A stretch of DNA of 62,996 nt, the filler included, from Octopus bimaculoides (Eukaryota): NCBI RefSeq assembly GCF_001194135.2. It is 9 parts of 7 records of this genome, joined end to end, with 100 filler letters (N's around TTAATTAATTAA, not from the genome) between each part and the next. Parts side by side here need not be neighbours in the genome. Positions count along the whole stretch, not along the records: positions 1 to 11,276 come from NC_069001.1; 8 more parts are not named here. The stretch is one strand, 5' to 3'. Below are positions 1 through 10,998 of the stretch, in pieces; position 1 is the first letter of the stretch, and each line of letters starts with the position of its first letter. The notes beneath the pieces are model-generated. The model saw only the letters and a list, made by a program, of their open reading frames with translations, ran no database searches and was not told where the DNA came from. The position numbers and the translations under genes were made by a program.

Positions 1-562
1 TACACTTAACTGGTATTTTATTTTAAATGACTCCCTGGTGGATGGAAAAAAGTCTAAGTTGACTTCATTTTGATTTGAACTCAAAACGTACGAACCTTCT
101 CGTCGAGTTACGATAATACAAATAATTCTGGTGAACGCAATTGAGTGAGACGCAGACGTCTGAGTGAGATGCACGCTCGAATGACTTTCTATGAATTCAT
201 ATCCTTTCATTGTTAATGTTTCCTTCCTCGAACACCTGTTTTATAGAACTACATCCCTGCTTTTTGTTTCCCTGATAAGCGTAATCTTAATTCTTTTAAA
301 TCTTACGTTGAACATTTCACGGTTTCGATTCCCCGTTGACAGTCACTTATTTTAACTAATGCCGCTTATTTTCTCAAAACAGACATGACTGTCACGATAT
401 GTCATTCTTTCTCTGTCTCCCTATCTCTCCTCGTCCCCTCAAAATAGAAAACTCATCTGTTGCCTGCCTAATGAAGATAAAATAATAAAACCTGAAAACA
501 AACTCTACACAAACGATGAAGTCGTCAATTTTAAGCGCTACTTTTCTCTTTATATTTTACAG

Positions 563-724
563 TCATATTTATGGGTGACAGCTCCAATCTTGCTTTATAT
601 AGGTGACGTAGTGTACCGGATACGCAGACGATCCACTTCAACTCATATTATCCAAACGGTGTTGCACGACGATGTAATCGAATTAAAGATGGTTAAAGAC
701 GGATTAACAGCCCATGCAGGTCAG
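563..724 (+). CDS. NOX4: NADPH oxidase (NOX4-like), first exon visible in the window: TM6 and start of the FAD domain
   Basis: Acceptor ttttacag| at 561-562 and donor CAG|gtgtgt at 725; 162 nt, phase 0-0. Encodes SYLWVTAPILLYIGDVVYRIRRR...VIELKMVKDGLTAHAGQ, matching the NOX TWxWxxxPxxLY...GQ segment. NOX family is secure; the NOX4 paralog call is less so. Upstream exons lie outside the window. Confidence 0.9.
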
Positions 725-1427
725 GTGTGTCATTTCATTGTTTCTTTACACATTTTTGAAAAATAAAGGACTTCTTACGTTGCCATGTTATCATATGGCC
801 ACGAATTTGTTACCGAAATGGAGGGGGCAGGAAAGCCAATTAAACTCGAAAGATAGATAGATAGATAGATGGAGATTTGAATCTGGAAACGTAGATGAAA
901 GAAACTAAATAATTTCTAACATAAAAACAAGTTAAAATCATATTTTAGAGGGAAGAGAAATTGTACTTCCGTTTTTTTTCTCTTTAATCCTTAGAAAAAT
1001 AAACGACAAAATTGTAACCAGCGGGATTTGAAGCTGAGAAGCATTTTGTTCGGCTTTCTACAATTTCTGTTATCTACCGCCTATTCTCGTCAATCACGGG
1101 ATTCATTCATCACTGATCCGGAATAACATGGTACGCTCAATTATGAAACGCATTAAGTTTATCACGAATTGATCTGTGATATCACAGGTCGGTGATCAGT
1201 CAAAGATTCAGCTTGGATCGCAAAAGTGCCTCCCAGCGACCATCCATAATGCTAGGAACATTAATTTAATATGGTATTTTACTGAACCAAAACACCCGTG
1301 ATGAATGAGGACAAATGTGTTATAACACGTCGTTTTACACTAAGAGTTAAGTCTGTTTCTTTCTTCAAAAAACGATATCCGCCTGCCATAATGCATGGCA
1401 TTATGAAACAAAAAAAATGCATTATAG

Positions 1428-1790
1428 GTGCAGGTGTGAGTGTGTGGATGAGAAACTTGCCTCCCAGCCTCGTGGTCTTAGGCCGAGTCGCATTGCGTGG
1501 CAGCTTGGGCAAGTCCCTTCTAATATAGTTTTGGGCCGACCAAAACCTTGGAAGACGGAAGCTGAAAGAAGCCCATCGCGCGTGTGTGTATGTATGTATG
1601 TTTCGTTGTGCCTGTCCTCCTACTGTTGCCCGAGAATTGGTGTTGGTTTGTTTACGCTCCCGTAACTTATTGGTTCGACCAAAGAAATTGATAGCATAAG
1701 TATAAAAAAAAAAAAAAACAAACTCCATAAGTACTTCAAAGCGGTGCCCAGAATGGCCACAGTCCGATAGCTGAAGCAAATAAAAGATCA
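1428..1790 (+). mobile_element. SINE family A, degenerate copy in a NOX intron
   Basis: Shares ...tgcgtggcaxcttgggcaagt...gggccgaccaaa...ggaagctgaaagaagccc, a central (TG/TA)n and the 3' end cagxatggccacagt with copies at 3690, 20553, 28425, 38705 and 61335. Confidence 0.75.
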
Positions 1791-2019
1791 GTGATAAAAT
1801 CCATAGAATACAAAATCCATCACAGAATCTGTTCGAGTAAAGGATGACAACTTGTGAAGTATCCGACGTTCACGTAGAAGATAACTGCATATGAGAATAT
1901 TGTTATTATTATTTTTTTCTGAGAAGAAGGTTGAATATTACGTAGTAATGTGTTAGAGGTATGAACAGAGAAGTAGGTAGATCCATACGTCTATCTGTTT
2001 CTTATTTCTTTACTGCCCA

Positions 2020-2185
2020 CAAGAGGCTAAACATAGAGGGGACAAACAAGGACAGACAAAGGAATTAAGTCGATTACAACGACCCCAGTGCGTAACTGGT
2101 ACTTAATTTATCGACCCCGAAAGGATGAAAGGCAAAGTCGACCTCGGCGGAATTTCAACTCAGAACATAACGGCGTGCTAACGTT
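2020..2185 (-). mobile_element. tRNA-derived SINE family B, partial
   Basis: Reverse complement of gttctgagttxaaattccgccgaggtcgactttgcctttcatcctttcggggtcgataaattaagtaccag. Confidence 0.85.
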
Positions 2186-3457
2186 TCTTTGTACATCTGT
2201 TTCTTTGTACATCCACGCAAAAAGAAAGAATAAGACATCTCCTTCCTGTTATTCTCGATCTTTCTGCTTCAAGAACTTCACATGAAATGAATACAAGCAA
2301 AATATGGTAGTCTTTTGTCAGTTATTATCTCAAGCCTTGCTTCTGTTTCTTGTTGTTTTGTAGTACAACTATTTCTCTCCCATTGGCTTCTTACGATAAT
2401 CGTTTTTTTATTTAGTTGTTCGAAGTCAAACAGCTTCTTTGTGGTTGACAATATCGTCCGTTTAACTTGTAATTACATGTTGCATATCTGAAAAACAGCT
2501 GTCCACCTCTTCGTTCTTACGCTCTTCCTTCATTTCCCTTGAATATTTTCACTCATCCACTGACTGTTATTCATTCTCCTGTTTAGCTACATAACGTCCC
2601 TTCGTTTTTCTCTCATTCAAAATCAGTCTTTACTTCTGTTCATTTTCCCAACAACATTTCCTCTCCATACTTCGATATCATAAAAAAATTTCACACTCCT
2701 CATTCTTTCATTTTCTGCATCATTCATCCACTCTCTATACATCCCTTAGTTTATCATTTTGACCCCCCCCTAATCCTCACAATTTTGACCCCCTAATCCC
2801 CCACCGTCTCACCCTTGCACGCCGACCTGTCGCAAAGTCACTCATTAACAGAAGAGTGGCCCGAAGCAACGTTCAATGTTGTGTTTCGCTCAAGGACAGT
2901 TTGCGTCACCCGGTCTGGGAATCGTACCCACAATCTGGCGATCGTGAGTATAGTACCTTAACCACTGGGCCACACGCTTTCATGTTCTCACACACACACA
3001 CACACACACTTCGATTCTGCATTTGGTTTGTAAGGCTCTTGATGTGAATTCGTATTTTGAATGTTTAATCATCACGTTAAACAAATGATCAATTAGCTGG
3101 TTAGATATTTAACCAACTGATTAACAATAAAGAAGTGATATTGAACCAGTGCGTGTATTTAATATCATTGGCGTAATGACCCTCCCAAGACAAGATATAT
3201 TTATGTATGTATACATACAAAAATATATACACAAATACATCCATATACAAACATGTGTGTGTATGTATCTTAGTGTGTATGATATCAAGTACAACAGTAA
3301 CGATGTAGAGTCGGCTGGACCTTTTAATCGTTGCACCAGAACTAAAGTTTTCTTTAATAAAAACAGAAAATTTGATAATACTTGGCTTCCTTTTCTGAAT
3401 ATAATTCTTAATAAACTTGTCTTTTATTTTTTCTATTTTTCTATTTCCTGACAACAG

Positions 3458-3520
3458 TATGTGCTGCTGCAATTTCCAGCCATCTCTGTCTTTGAATGGC
3501 ATCCATATTCCTTAACATCG
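3458..3520 (+). CDS. NOX4: NOX4-like exon: FAD-binding motif
   Basis: acaacag|TATGTG...ACATCG|gtaagt; 63 nt, phase 0-0. Encodes YVLLQFPAISVFEWHPYSLTS (NOX consensus EWHPFTLTS). Confidence 0.93.
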
Positions 3521-3689
3521 GTAAGTTCTTCAGCTTCTGTCTACACTGGTAATGCTAGAGACAGGCGGGGGAGGGGCGGATGTTAAATATTTCATATTCT
3601 AGACGGAATGGAAGTGGAGCTTTCTGTTACAGTTGAGTTTTTTGCTGGAGGTAGACGTTGTTGGAAAGATATTTGAAAAACCGTACGAA

Positions 3690-3838
3690 GCTGTGTGGTA
3701 AGAAGCCTGCTTCACAACCACATGGTTCCGGGTTCAGTCCCACTGTGTGGCACCTTGGGCCAGTGTCTTCTACTATAGCCTCGGGCCGACCAAAGCCTTG
3801 TGAGTGGATTTTAGTAGATGGAAACTGAAAGAAGCTTG

Positions 3839-3879
<41 letters not shown>

Positions 3880-4075
3880 ACCATTTATGTGTGTGTGTGT
3901 CTGTCCCCCGCTCCATCGCATGATAACCGATGTTGGTGTTTTTACGTCTCTGTAACTTAGCGGTTCAGCAAGAGAGACCGATAGAATAAGTACTGCGGGA
4001 GATTTGTTCAATTAAAGCTTTTCAAAAGAGTGTCCCAGCATGACCGTTGTCCAATGACTGAAACAAGTAAAAGAT
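3690..4075 (+). mobile_element. SINE family A, near full length
   Basis: tRNA-like head (tgtgtggtaag...ggttcagtccc), central (TA)n(CA)n and 3' end gactgaaacaagtaaaaga. Confidence 0.85.
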
Positions 4076-4135
4076 ATCACCACCACCACCAACACCACCA
4101 CCATCACCATTACTTTTATTATTATTGAAGCAAAC

Positions 4136-4345
4136 GCGGCGAGCTGGCAGAATCGTTAGCGCGCCGGGCAAAATGCTTAGTTGCATTTCGTCCAACGCTA
4201 CGTTCTGAGTTCAAATTCCGCCGAGGTTGATTTTGCCTTTTATCCTTTCAGGGTCGATGAAATAAGTTCCAGTGAAACACTGGGGTCGATGCAATCGACT
4301 AATTCCTTCCCCCAAAATTTCAGGCCTTGTGCCTTTCGTAGAAGG
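4136..4345 (+). mobile_element. tRNA-derived SINE family B, full length
   Basis: A-box-like TGGCAGAATCGTTAG and B-box GAGTTCAAATTCC; ends at an (ATT)n tract. Confidence 0.88.
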
Positions 4346-4430
4346 GATTATTATTATTATTATTATATTATATTATTATTTTTATATATCTAAGTGTCTA
4401 TCACTGTTTTTCTTTTTCTTAATATTTCAG

Positions 4431-4488
4431 TGTCCGAAGAAAGGGTCAGCCTTCACAGTCCACATTCGATCCCGCGGCGACTGGTCAG
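4431..4488 (+). CDS. NOX4: NOX4-like exon: second FAD motif
   Basis: atttcag|TGTCCG...TGGTCAG|gtgatt; 58 nt, phase 0-1. Encodes CPKKGSAFTVHIRSRGDWS(G) (consensus HIRxxGDWT). Confidence 0.92.
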
Positions 4489-5535
4489 GTGATTTGGTAA
4501 CTATTACGCACAAAGCATACGTTTGTAGTCACAAGCTGCTACACTAAAAACACAACCACCAGTCAACCAAAATTAGGGTACACACTTGGTGGGGTAGCTG
4601 GTTGATTGTATTTGTTTCAAAGTAAACCTGAAATTGAGCAGGTGCATGATCAAAGGCGTTCTAAATGTGACCATCGTGTAATTTTTGTATCTCGGAGATT
4701 AAATTTTGCAATGTATTTCTCTTTAAGACGATGGAATTGGCTATAACGGGATATAAGGGAAATTTGACTGCTATTTCTAGCAAAATATGAGTGCCTGGCT
4801 CACTGAATTATATTTTGTTACTGGTCGTGTGTTGTAGTCACCACCGGGTCGTAAATCTGTATCCCAACACCAATTCCGAATAGGAATCGGAGGCTGTTGG
4901 CAGGTACAGTTCTTTAATAAGGTACACTGGCTTACCAAAGCGAGGTACATCTTCCTATCTGTAAGTGCCAGTGACGTCTATCGGCCTAACAATAAGTTGG
5001 GTACCACAGTGAGTCAATGGGGTACAGTCCACCGAGCAGCAGGAATCACAGTGGGACATAGCTTTAAGTAGGTACCACAGAGAGCTAGTGAGGTACACTC
5101 CACGTAGCTGTAAGCAGGTACCTCAGCATGAAAGCTCAACGCCGGTAGACAGATACAGAGAGAGAGATAGATAGATAGATAGAGAAATGGTGAGAGAGGG
5201 GGAGAAATAGAATGAGAAAAATAAAGCGAGAAAGAAACAGACATGATAATTGTCATAAGCACTTTCCCTCTTCTCATAAATAGAGAGAGAGGGGGAGAGA
5301 CGAGAGAGAGGGGGAGAGGGAGAAAAAACATTAAAACGTCAAACAAGTTGGCGTCGAATCAGCGACGCCAAATACGTGGTGCCAAAACGGCTTTACCGAA
5401 ACGTCTCATACTCGGTGGTGGTGAGGGTTCTCTCTAAATTTGATTATCACGAATTGGGACATTTCCACTCCTGTTTAAAAAGTTCATTTGCCTAAAACCC
5501 TAAACACTCCAGAGAATATAACATTGTGATTTTAG

Positions 5536-5611
5536 GTCGTCTGCGTAAGCTGATTGAGGATTGCCAAGAAGAAAGCCATTACATCAATGAAGAAGCAGAC
5601 AACATTGCCAG
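5536..5611 (+). CDS. NOX4: NOX4-like exon: FAD/NADPH linker
   Basis: gattttag|GTCGT...GCCAG|gtatgt; 76 nt, phase 1-2, which is the phase both neighbours require. Encodes RLRKLIEDCQEESHYINEEADNIA(R). Confidence 0.85.
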
Positions 5612-6004
5612 GTATGTCCTTTATATCTCCACCTTACAATTAAAGTGTGTACGGGGAGGGTGGGATGTGCTAGCAGGAGAAAGACAACTGCTTAGAACTG
5701 TTTTTTTTTTAATATTGTGACAGTACATATTGGATGACGCCCTCCTAAATACACTGACATTTTTGAAAGACGGTATGGTATGATTTAAAGGAAAATTGGT
5801 TTCTTTTTCTTTTCTGTTCTAGGCACAAGGCCCGAAATTTGGGGGGAGCGGGCCAGTCGGCTAGGTCGACTCCAGTACGCAACTGGTACTTAATTTATCG
5901 ACTCCGATAGGATGAAAGGCCCCCTCCCCAAAAATTTCTGGCCTTGTGCCTAGAGAAGAAAAAAAGATGTATGTATATAATGTATTGTTTAACTGTTGGT
6001 CAGG

Positions 6005-6070
6005 CTTGATCTAGCAGACCTTAATCAGGCATGTTCTTGATCTAGCAGACCTTAATCAGGCATTTTCTTG
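6005..6070. repeat. 31-bp tandem duplication
   Basis: cttgatctagcagaccttaatcaggcatgtt twice (one mismatch), plus a partial third copy. Confidence 0.9.
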
Positions 6071-6302
6071 AGCTATAGTATATCTAGGACTACATTATCT
6101 AATGTGTCCTCTTCTCAAGAGACAGCAGGATGCAATCTAAGGAAGTTTTGAATACTGTGTCAAGCAAGTCTTATACTCATAGCGATAAGGCCTTTCGCTG
6201 ATAATTTATTTTATTAATACCTACTGCCTACCCTGAATATTTATACACAACGTATGCCTGATGCTATATGTAATCTTTTATTCATTCATTTCTATTTTGC
6301 AG

Positions 6303-6437
6303 AACGCAAAAAGTCAAGGTGAACCTCGACGGTCCTTTCAGCAGTCCGATGGAAGACATGAGCACTTATCGTCTGCTTTTGTGTATTGCAGGGGGCATTG
6401 GAATTACTCCGTTCGCATCGTTTCTGGATGCTTTCAG
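6303..6437 (+). CDS. NOX4: NOX4-like exon: NADPH-binding glycine motif
   Basis: ttttgcag|AACGC...TTTCAG|gtatat; 135 nt, phase 2-2. Encodes TQKVKVNLDGPFSSPMEDMSTYRLLLCIAGGIGITPFASFLDAF(R). Confidence 0.95.
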
Positions 6438-7034
6438 GTATATAGCTTCTCATCCTGGTATACAGTCCATTGTTTAGTTGTAGCTATGAGAAAAGCCAAA
6501 TCAGGTTTTCTATTTAAAGTATAGACGAAGTTATTTTACTATATTTTTCATTATTTTCAAAAAATAATCGAGACTAAGGCAGTGTATTCGATATGGTAAC
6601 AAAAGTGTTAAAGCGATCTAAATAAAAATTCCATCAAAATTTCGTGTCAATTTACATCCTAGAGACCAGCTTAATAACGACAAACTTGTTTTGCTAAATT
6701 CTCCATTATTCTTATAAGTGGAAGAAACAATGGAAGTGCATTTCAATACAGACATGGTAACAAAAAGGTTGGACTATTCTTCGTTATTTTCAAAATTGAA
6801 GCAGAGGCGGTGTATGTAAACAGAAATATGGTAACGAAAGGGTTAAAGGGATATAAATTAAAATCCATTAAAATTTTATGTTAATTTGTATTCCCGACAG
6901 CAGCTTAATAACGACCAAGTTATTATACTAAATTCTTCATTATCTTCAGAATTAATTGAAACAAAAGCCGTCTATTTTAACATACATACGGTAACGAAAG
7001 GATTAACTGTTCTTTATCTAAATCTTTTTGTTAG

Positions 7035-7146
7035 GACAAATAAAAAACAACAATGGAAATTTCGACGAATATATTTGATATGGATTAATAAGAATATACA
7101 AAATATCCGGTGGTTTGGAGAATTGATCCATTCTTTACATGAAGAG
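7035..7146 (+). CDS. NOX4: NOX4-like exon: NADPH domain
   Basis: tttgttag|GACAAA...GAAGAG|gtgagt; 112 nt, phase 2-0. Encodes TNKKQQWKFRRIYLIWINKNIQNIRWFGELIHSLHEE. Confidence 0.92.
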
Positions 7147-7416
7147 GTGAGTATGTGTGTTCCGAGTTCAAATCCATTCAAATCCCACATCAATTGAAAC
7201 CTTTGCCCCACTGACTATTTATGTTCAGCTATTTCTAGCTTCGAAACTTCGACGTCTGTCCTCTCATGAACGGTCTTGAAACAAATGAAAGAATAAATCT
7301 ATGAGAATATAAAAGGCGGCATTGCAAGTGAGAGGCGTAAATTGTTGCAAGTAATCAGAAGAATTATGAGGAAAGCATTGGAATTAATTCTAAACCCTGT
7401 TCTGTATTTCTTGCAG

Positions 7417-7491
7417 CTTTGGGAATCTAATCTTCCTGATATTTTTGACGTACGATTCCATTTTACTGAAATAAGCAAGAATTTATGCGAC
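7417..7491 (+). CDS. NOX4: NOX4-like exon: NADPH domain
   Basis: tcttgcag|CTTTGG...TGCGAC|gtaagt; 75 nt, phase 0-0. Encodes LWESNLPDIFDVRFHFTEISKNLCD. Confidence 0.88.
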
Positions 7492-7978
7492 GTAAGTATG
7501 CAACCACAGATATATGTATATACACCCACACACATTTCTACACACACATTTCTACACACACACACACGCGCGCGCACACACACAATGTATACTGCGAATT
7601 CCAGCTACCAATCTTGCTCTTATTTCCGATAATTGATTCCAATATCGTACGAGGCTCTCTTTGGGAGAGAATTGCTTTTGATCTCTGCTTAAACTTTCGC
7701 TATCTCTAGAATTAGGGATGTTGTGAGTGGTCCTTTGCGATCATTCCTATAGCGTAGCTCAATTGATTCCAGAGAGAAAGATAGGAGAGCGGGAAAGAGA
7801 GAAGGGAAAGAAAGAGAAAAGAGAAAGGAGCGGAGAAAGTGGAAGAAAAAGGAGAGAGAGTTCTGAGTCACTAATACTGAGGCAGTTTCTGTTCTTCCTG
7901 CTAATTTTACACCCTGAGAAAGTTTTGTTACGCTTTACTTGTTCCATAGCTTCAGTGTTTTTATTCATCTCATTTTAG

Positions 7979-8079
7979 GATTTACCAGTTTCGTACCGAG
8001 AATATGTAAGAAAGCGGCTCACATATGGAAGACCAGACTGGACAGAACTGTTTAATGAAATTGTAGCGTCACATCCCAC
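7979..8079 (+). CDS. NOX4: NOX4-like exon: GRPxW motif
   Basis: cattttag|GATTTA...CCCAC|gtaagt; 101 nt, phase 0-2. Encodes DLPVSYREYVRKRLTYGRPDWTELFNEIVASHP(T). Confidence 0.93.
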
Positions 8080-8590
8080 GTAAGTGGTTTTGGTGTTCCA
8101 TCCATTAAAGACTAAGGTCAACGGTAGAAAATAGTTGGATGATTCTAAATCGGTCAGAGGAGAGAGTAGTAAACTCGACCCTGTTGAGGGACTCCATGAC
8201 TAATGGGAGGAAAGGAGATCTTCAGTCCAGAGACATGGAATGATTGATTACAACCGAGCGAACTCTGCTAAAGGCGCCAGACGGTGGTATTAAACAAGGT
8301 AACGCTCTTAAGTCAACCCTTTCATTTGGGTCCTACAGCGTTTTAGTCTGTTAATTTCACTGACAAGGCTTGGCGGGGTCGAAATAGTCGTATGAATGGT
8401 CAGCTTTGGCCGAACGATCTGCACATAATCGAATTCGTTTTTAATTGTAGAATAAGCTGTAAAATAATATTAGGCTAAAACTGCTTTTTTGAACGGACAG
8501 CCCTCGACCTTTCCTGTCTAAAGCAGAGGTCGTAACCCAATATTTACATGCTACTTAATAAATGTATTAATTTTTTTTCGGTATTTGCAG

Positions 8591-8708
8591 GCATCGAGTG
8601 GGCGTTTTTGCATGTGGACCTAAGCAATTGACAAAAGACGTGAACAAGCAATGTTGGCGGAAGTATTCCAACAAAACCACATTTGATTTCCACGAAGAAA
8701 TATTTTGA
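8591..8708 (+). CDS. NOX4: NOX4-like terminal exon
   Basis: atttgcag|GCATCG; encodes HRVGVFACGPKQLTKDVNKQCWRKYSNKTTFDFHEEIF, then TGA at 8706-8708. The nine exons total 900 nt in one frame. Confidence 0.95.
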
Positions 8709-9158
8709 TTTATAAAAACTAATTCACTTTGTCTGAAACAAAATCTTCTTGGACGACAAGATTTCAGTAAACCTAACATATTTTGACCATCTTGTTTGTT
8801 CAAGTCGTCAATTCATCATCTACTTTCATCACCAGAAACATTTCTTCTTAGATGGAACACCACTGAAGACGAACGTTTGAGATGAGAATCTCTTCACGGT
8901 TATATTTCCTGATCTTTTCAAAGAAATTATAGAGATTCTACCTTCACATAAAATATTGTATACGAGAATTCAACCCCTTATTTAATTCTATATTATTTTA
9001 CGTATTTTTTTTCTTTGTGAAATCTTTGTTAAAATTGAAACCTTGTGTTGTTCTTGGACGCGAAAGCAAGAAAGAAAAATATAAAGAATATTTGTTGACC
9101 AAATATGGTTATGTACAACAACGTTCAATGTACATTTATTTGTATTTGTTTAAATCGA

Positions 9159-9164
9159 AATAAA
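9159..9164 (+). promoter_or_regulatory. Candidate polyadenylation signal of the NOX gene
   Basis: AATAAA about 450 nt after the stop, followed by a GT/T-rich stretch. Not verifiable without 3' end data. Confidence 0.4.
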
Positions 9165-9514
9165 CTGTTGGCCGTCTGTTGGCACACCGTGCTTTGTATT
9201 TTTTCCATAAATTCTACTGTAAATGTAAGAATATTTTCCGGTATTCAAACCGAATTTTTCAGACAACTTAGAGCTTTAGAGGACCAAAAACACCGTGCGA
9301 AATGCAACAGGATTTGGATAGAAGTCGACGCGGTAAATAGTGTAAACATTCAAACATCGCCACTACCTATGTCGAAAAACACGGCATGACTGGTTCAGTT
9401 CGCTTTCGTCACTATATGATCCCTGAACGATCCTATAGCGAGATGCTTTGGAAGTGTCTTTTTATCAACTGAAATTTGATTGAAAAACTTGATAGAAGCT
9501 TATTAGAGGTGCCA

Positions 9515-9646
9515 AGGCGGCGAGCTGGCAGAAACGCTAGCACGCCGGGCGAAACGCTTAGCGGTATTTCGTCTGCCGCTATGTTCTGAGTTCAAATTCC
9601 GCCGAGGTCCACTTTGCCTTTCATCCTTTCGGGGTCGATAAATTAA
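9515..9646 (+). mobile_element. SINE family B, 3'-truncated
   Basis: ggcggcgagctggcagaaacgctagc...gagttcaaattccgccgagg. Confidence 0.88.
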
Positions 9647-10424
9647 GACAGAATCATATTTTCAATAAAACTCCTTCAATTTAGGTGGGGAATATAACAA
9701 GGGAGATAACTCTGGAATTCAGTATATCCTGTAAGAGCAAGCCGTCACCCGTGGACGAGATAAGTTTGGTTATATGCACCAATTNNNNNNNNNNNNNNNN
9801 NNNNNNNNNNNNNNNNNNNNNNNNNNNNNNNNNNNNNNNNNNNNNNNNNNNNNNNNNNNNNNNNNNNNNNNNNNNNNNNNNNNNNNNNNNNNNNNNNNNN
9901 NNNNNNNNNNNNNNNNNNNNNNNNNNNNNNNNNNNNNNNNNNNNNNNNNNNNNNNNNNNNNNNNNNNNNNNNNNNNNNNNNNNNNNNNNNNNNNNNNNNN
10001 NNNNNNNNNNNNNNNNNNNNNNNNNNNNNNNNNNNNNNNNNNNNNNNNNNNNNNNNNNNNNNNNNNNNNNNNNNNNNNNNNNNNNNNNNNNNNNNNNNNN
10101 NNNNNNNNNNNNNNNNNNNNNNNNNNNNNNNNNNNNNNNNNNNNNNNNNNNNNNNNNNNNNNNNNNNNNNNNNNNNNNNNNNNNNNNNNNNNATACTGGG
10201 GCATCGCCTTGAATTTTTAGTCGAATGAATCAACACCAGTTTTTAAAAATAAAAAGTACTGCTACCTAGCAGTTTGACAAATCAGCCAAGCCGCCAAAGG
10301 GTTTAATCCGATATTTTATGCAATGTTTGAGGAATTACACTGCTTTGTTTCTGCTGATTTTGAAATGAAGAATTTAGTAAAATAATTCGAGCTTATTTGG
10401 AACAACTTTGTTTTAAATTCTTTG

Positions 10425-10615
10425 GCCAAGGCCTGCAAATTCAGGGAAGAGTCAAGTAGATTACGTAGACCCCCTCCCCAGGGCTCAACTGGTACTTATT
10501 TTAGCGACACTAGTAGGATGAAAGTCAACCTTGGTGGAATTTGAACCCGGAACGCATAGATGAACGAAATACCGCGACGTATTTCGTTTGGTGTGTTAAC
10601 GATTCTACCAGCTGG
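10425..10615 (-). mobile_element. SINE family B, degenerate
   Basis: Reverse-complement match to the family B body and head. Confidence 0.75.
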
Positions 10616-10899
10616 TCATTGTTTGGAACATAAAATGAAATAGTGATTGGAAAGCAAGCCTCTTACTACACAGTCAATTCTGGACTCAGTCCGACTGCGT
10701 GGCACCTTGGGTAAATGTTTACTACAGCCTCAGGCCGACTAAAACTTAAAGCCAGACGCATATAACTGGCATCAAATTTAGGAAGTAATTGACTCTCCAG
10801 TGTTATGTATGACATGAGTTACTTCCCTTCAGTTACTATAGCTTATGTCGAAAAGACTTGAAAATTCCATTTTCAGAGATTAGGAACGACTATGGGGAG

Positions 10900-10998
10900 C
10901 CCCGGATGAAGTAGGTCACTCGACCTAAGAGAAATAACACTAAATATTAGGACCCCGGATGAACAACGTCACTCGATCTAAGAGAAATAACACTAAAA
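10900..10998. repeat. 53-bp tandem duplication
   Basis: ccccggatgaa...gtcactcgaYctaagagaaataacactaaa at 10900 and 10953. Confidence 0.85.

Noticed and set aside
2757-2816. C-run cluster (G-quadruplex potential on the minus strand) in a NOX intron
   Set aside because: Explained by a short local duplication (ttttgaccccctaatcc) next to a SINE end; nothing supports a function.
4136-4230. tRNA-like A and B boxes in SINE heads
   Set aside because: They run straight into repeat bodies present in many diverged copies, so they are SINE heads rather than tRNA genes.
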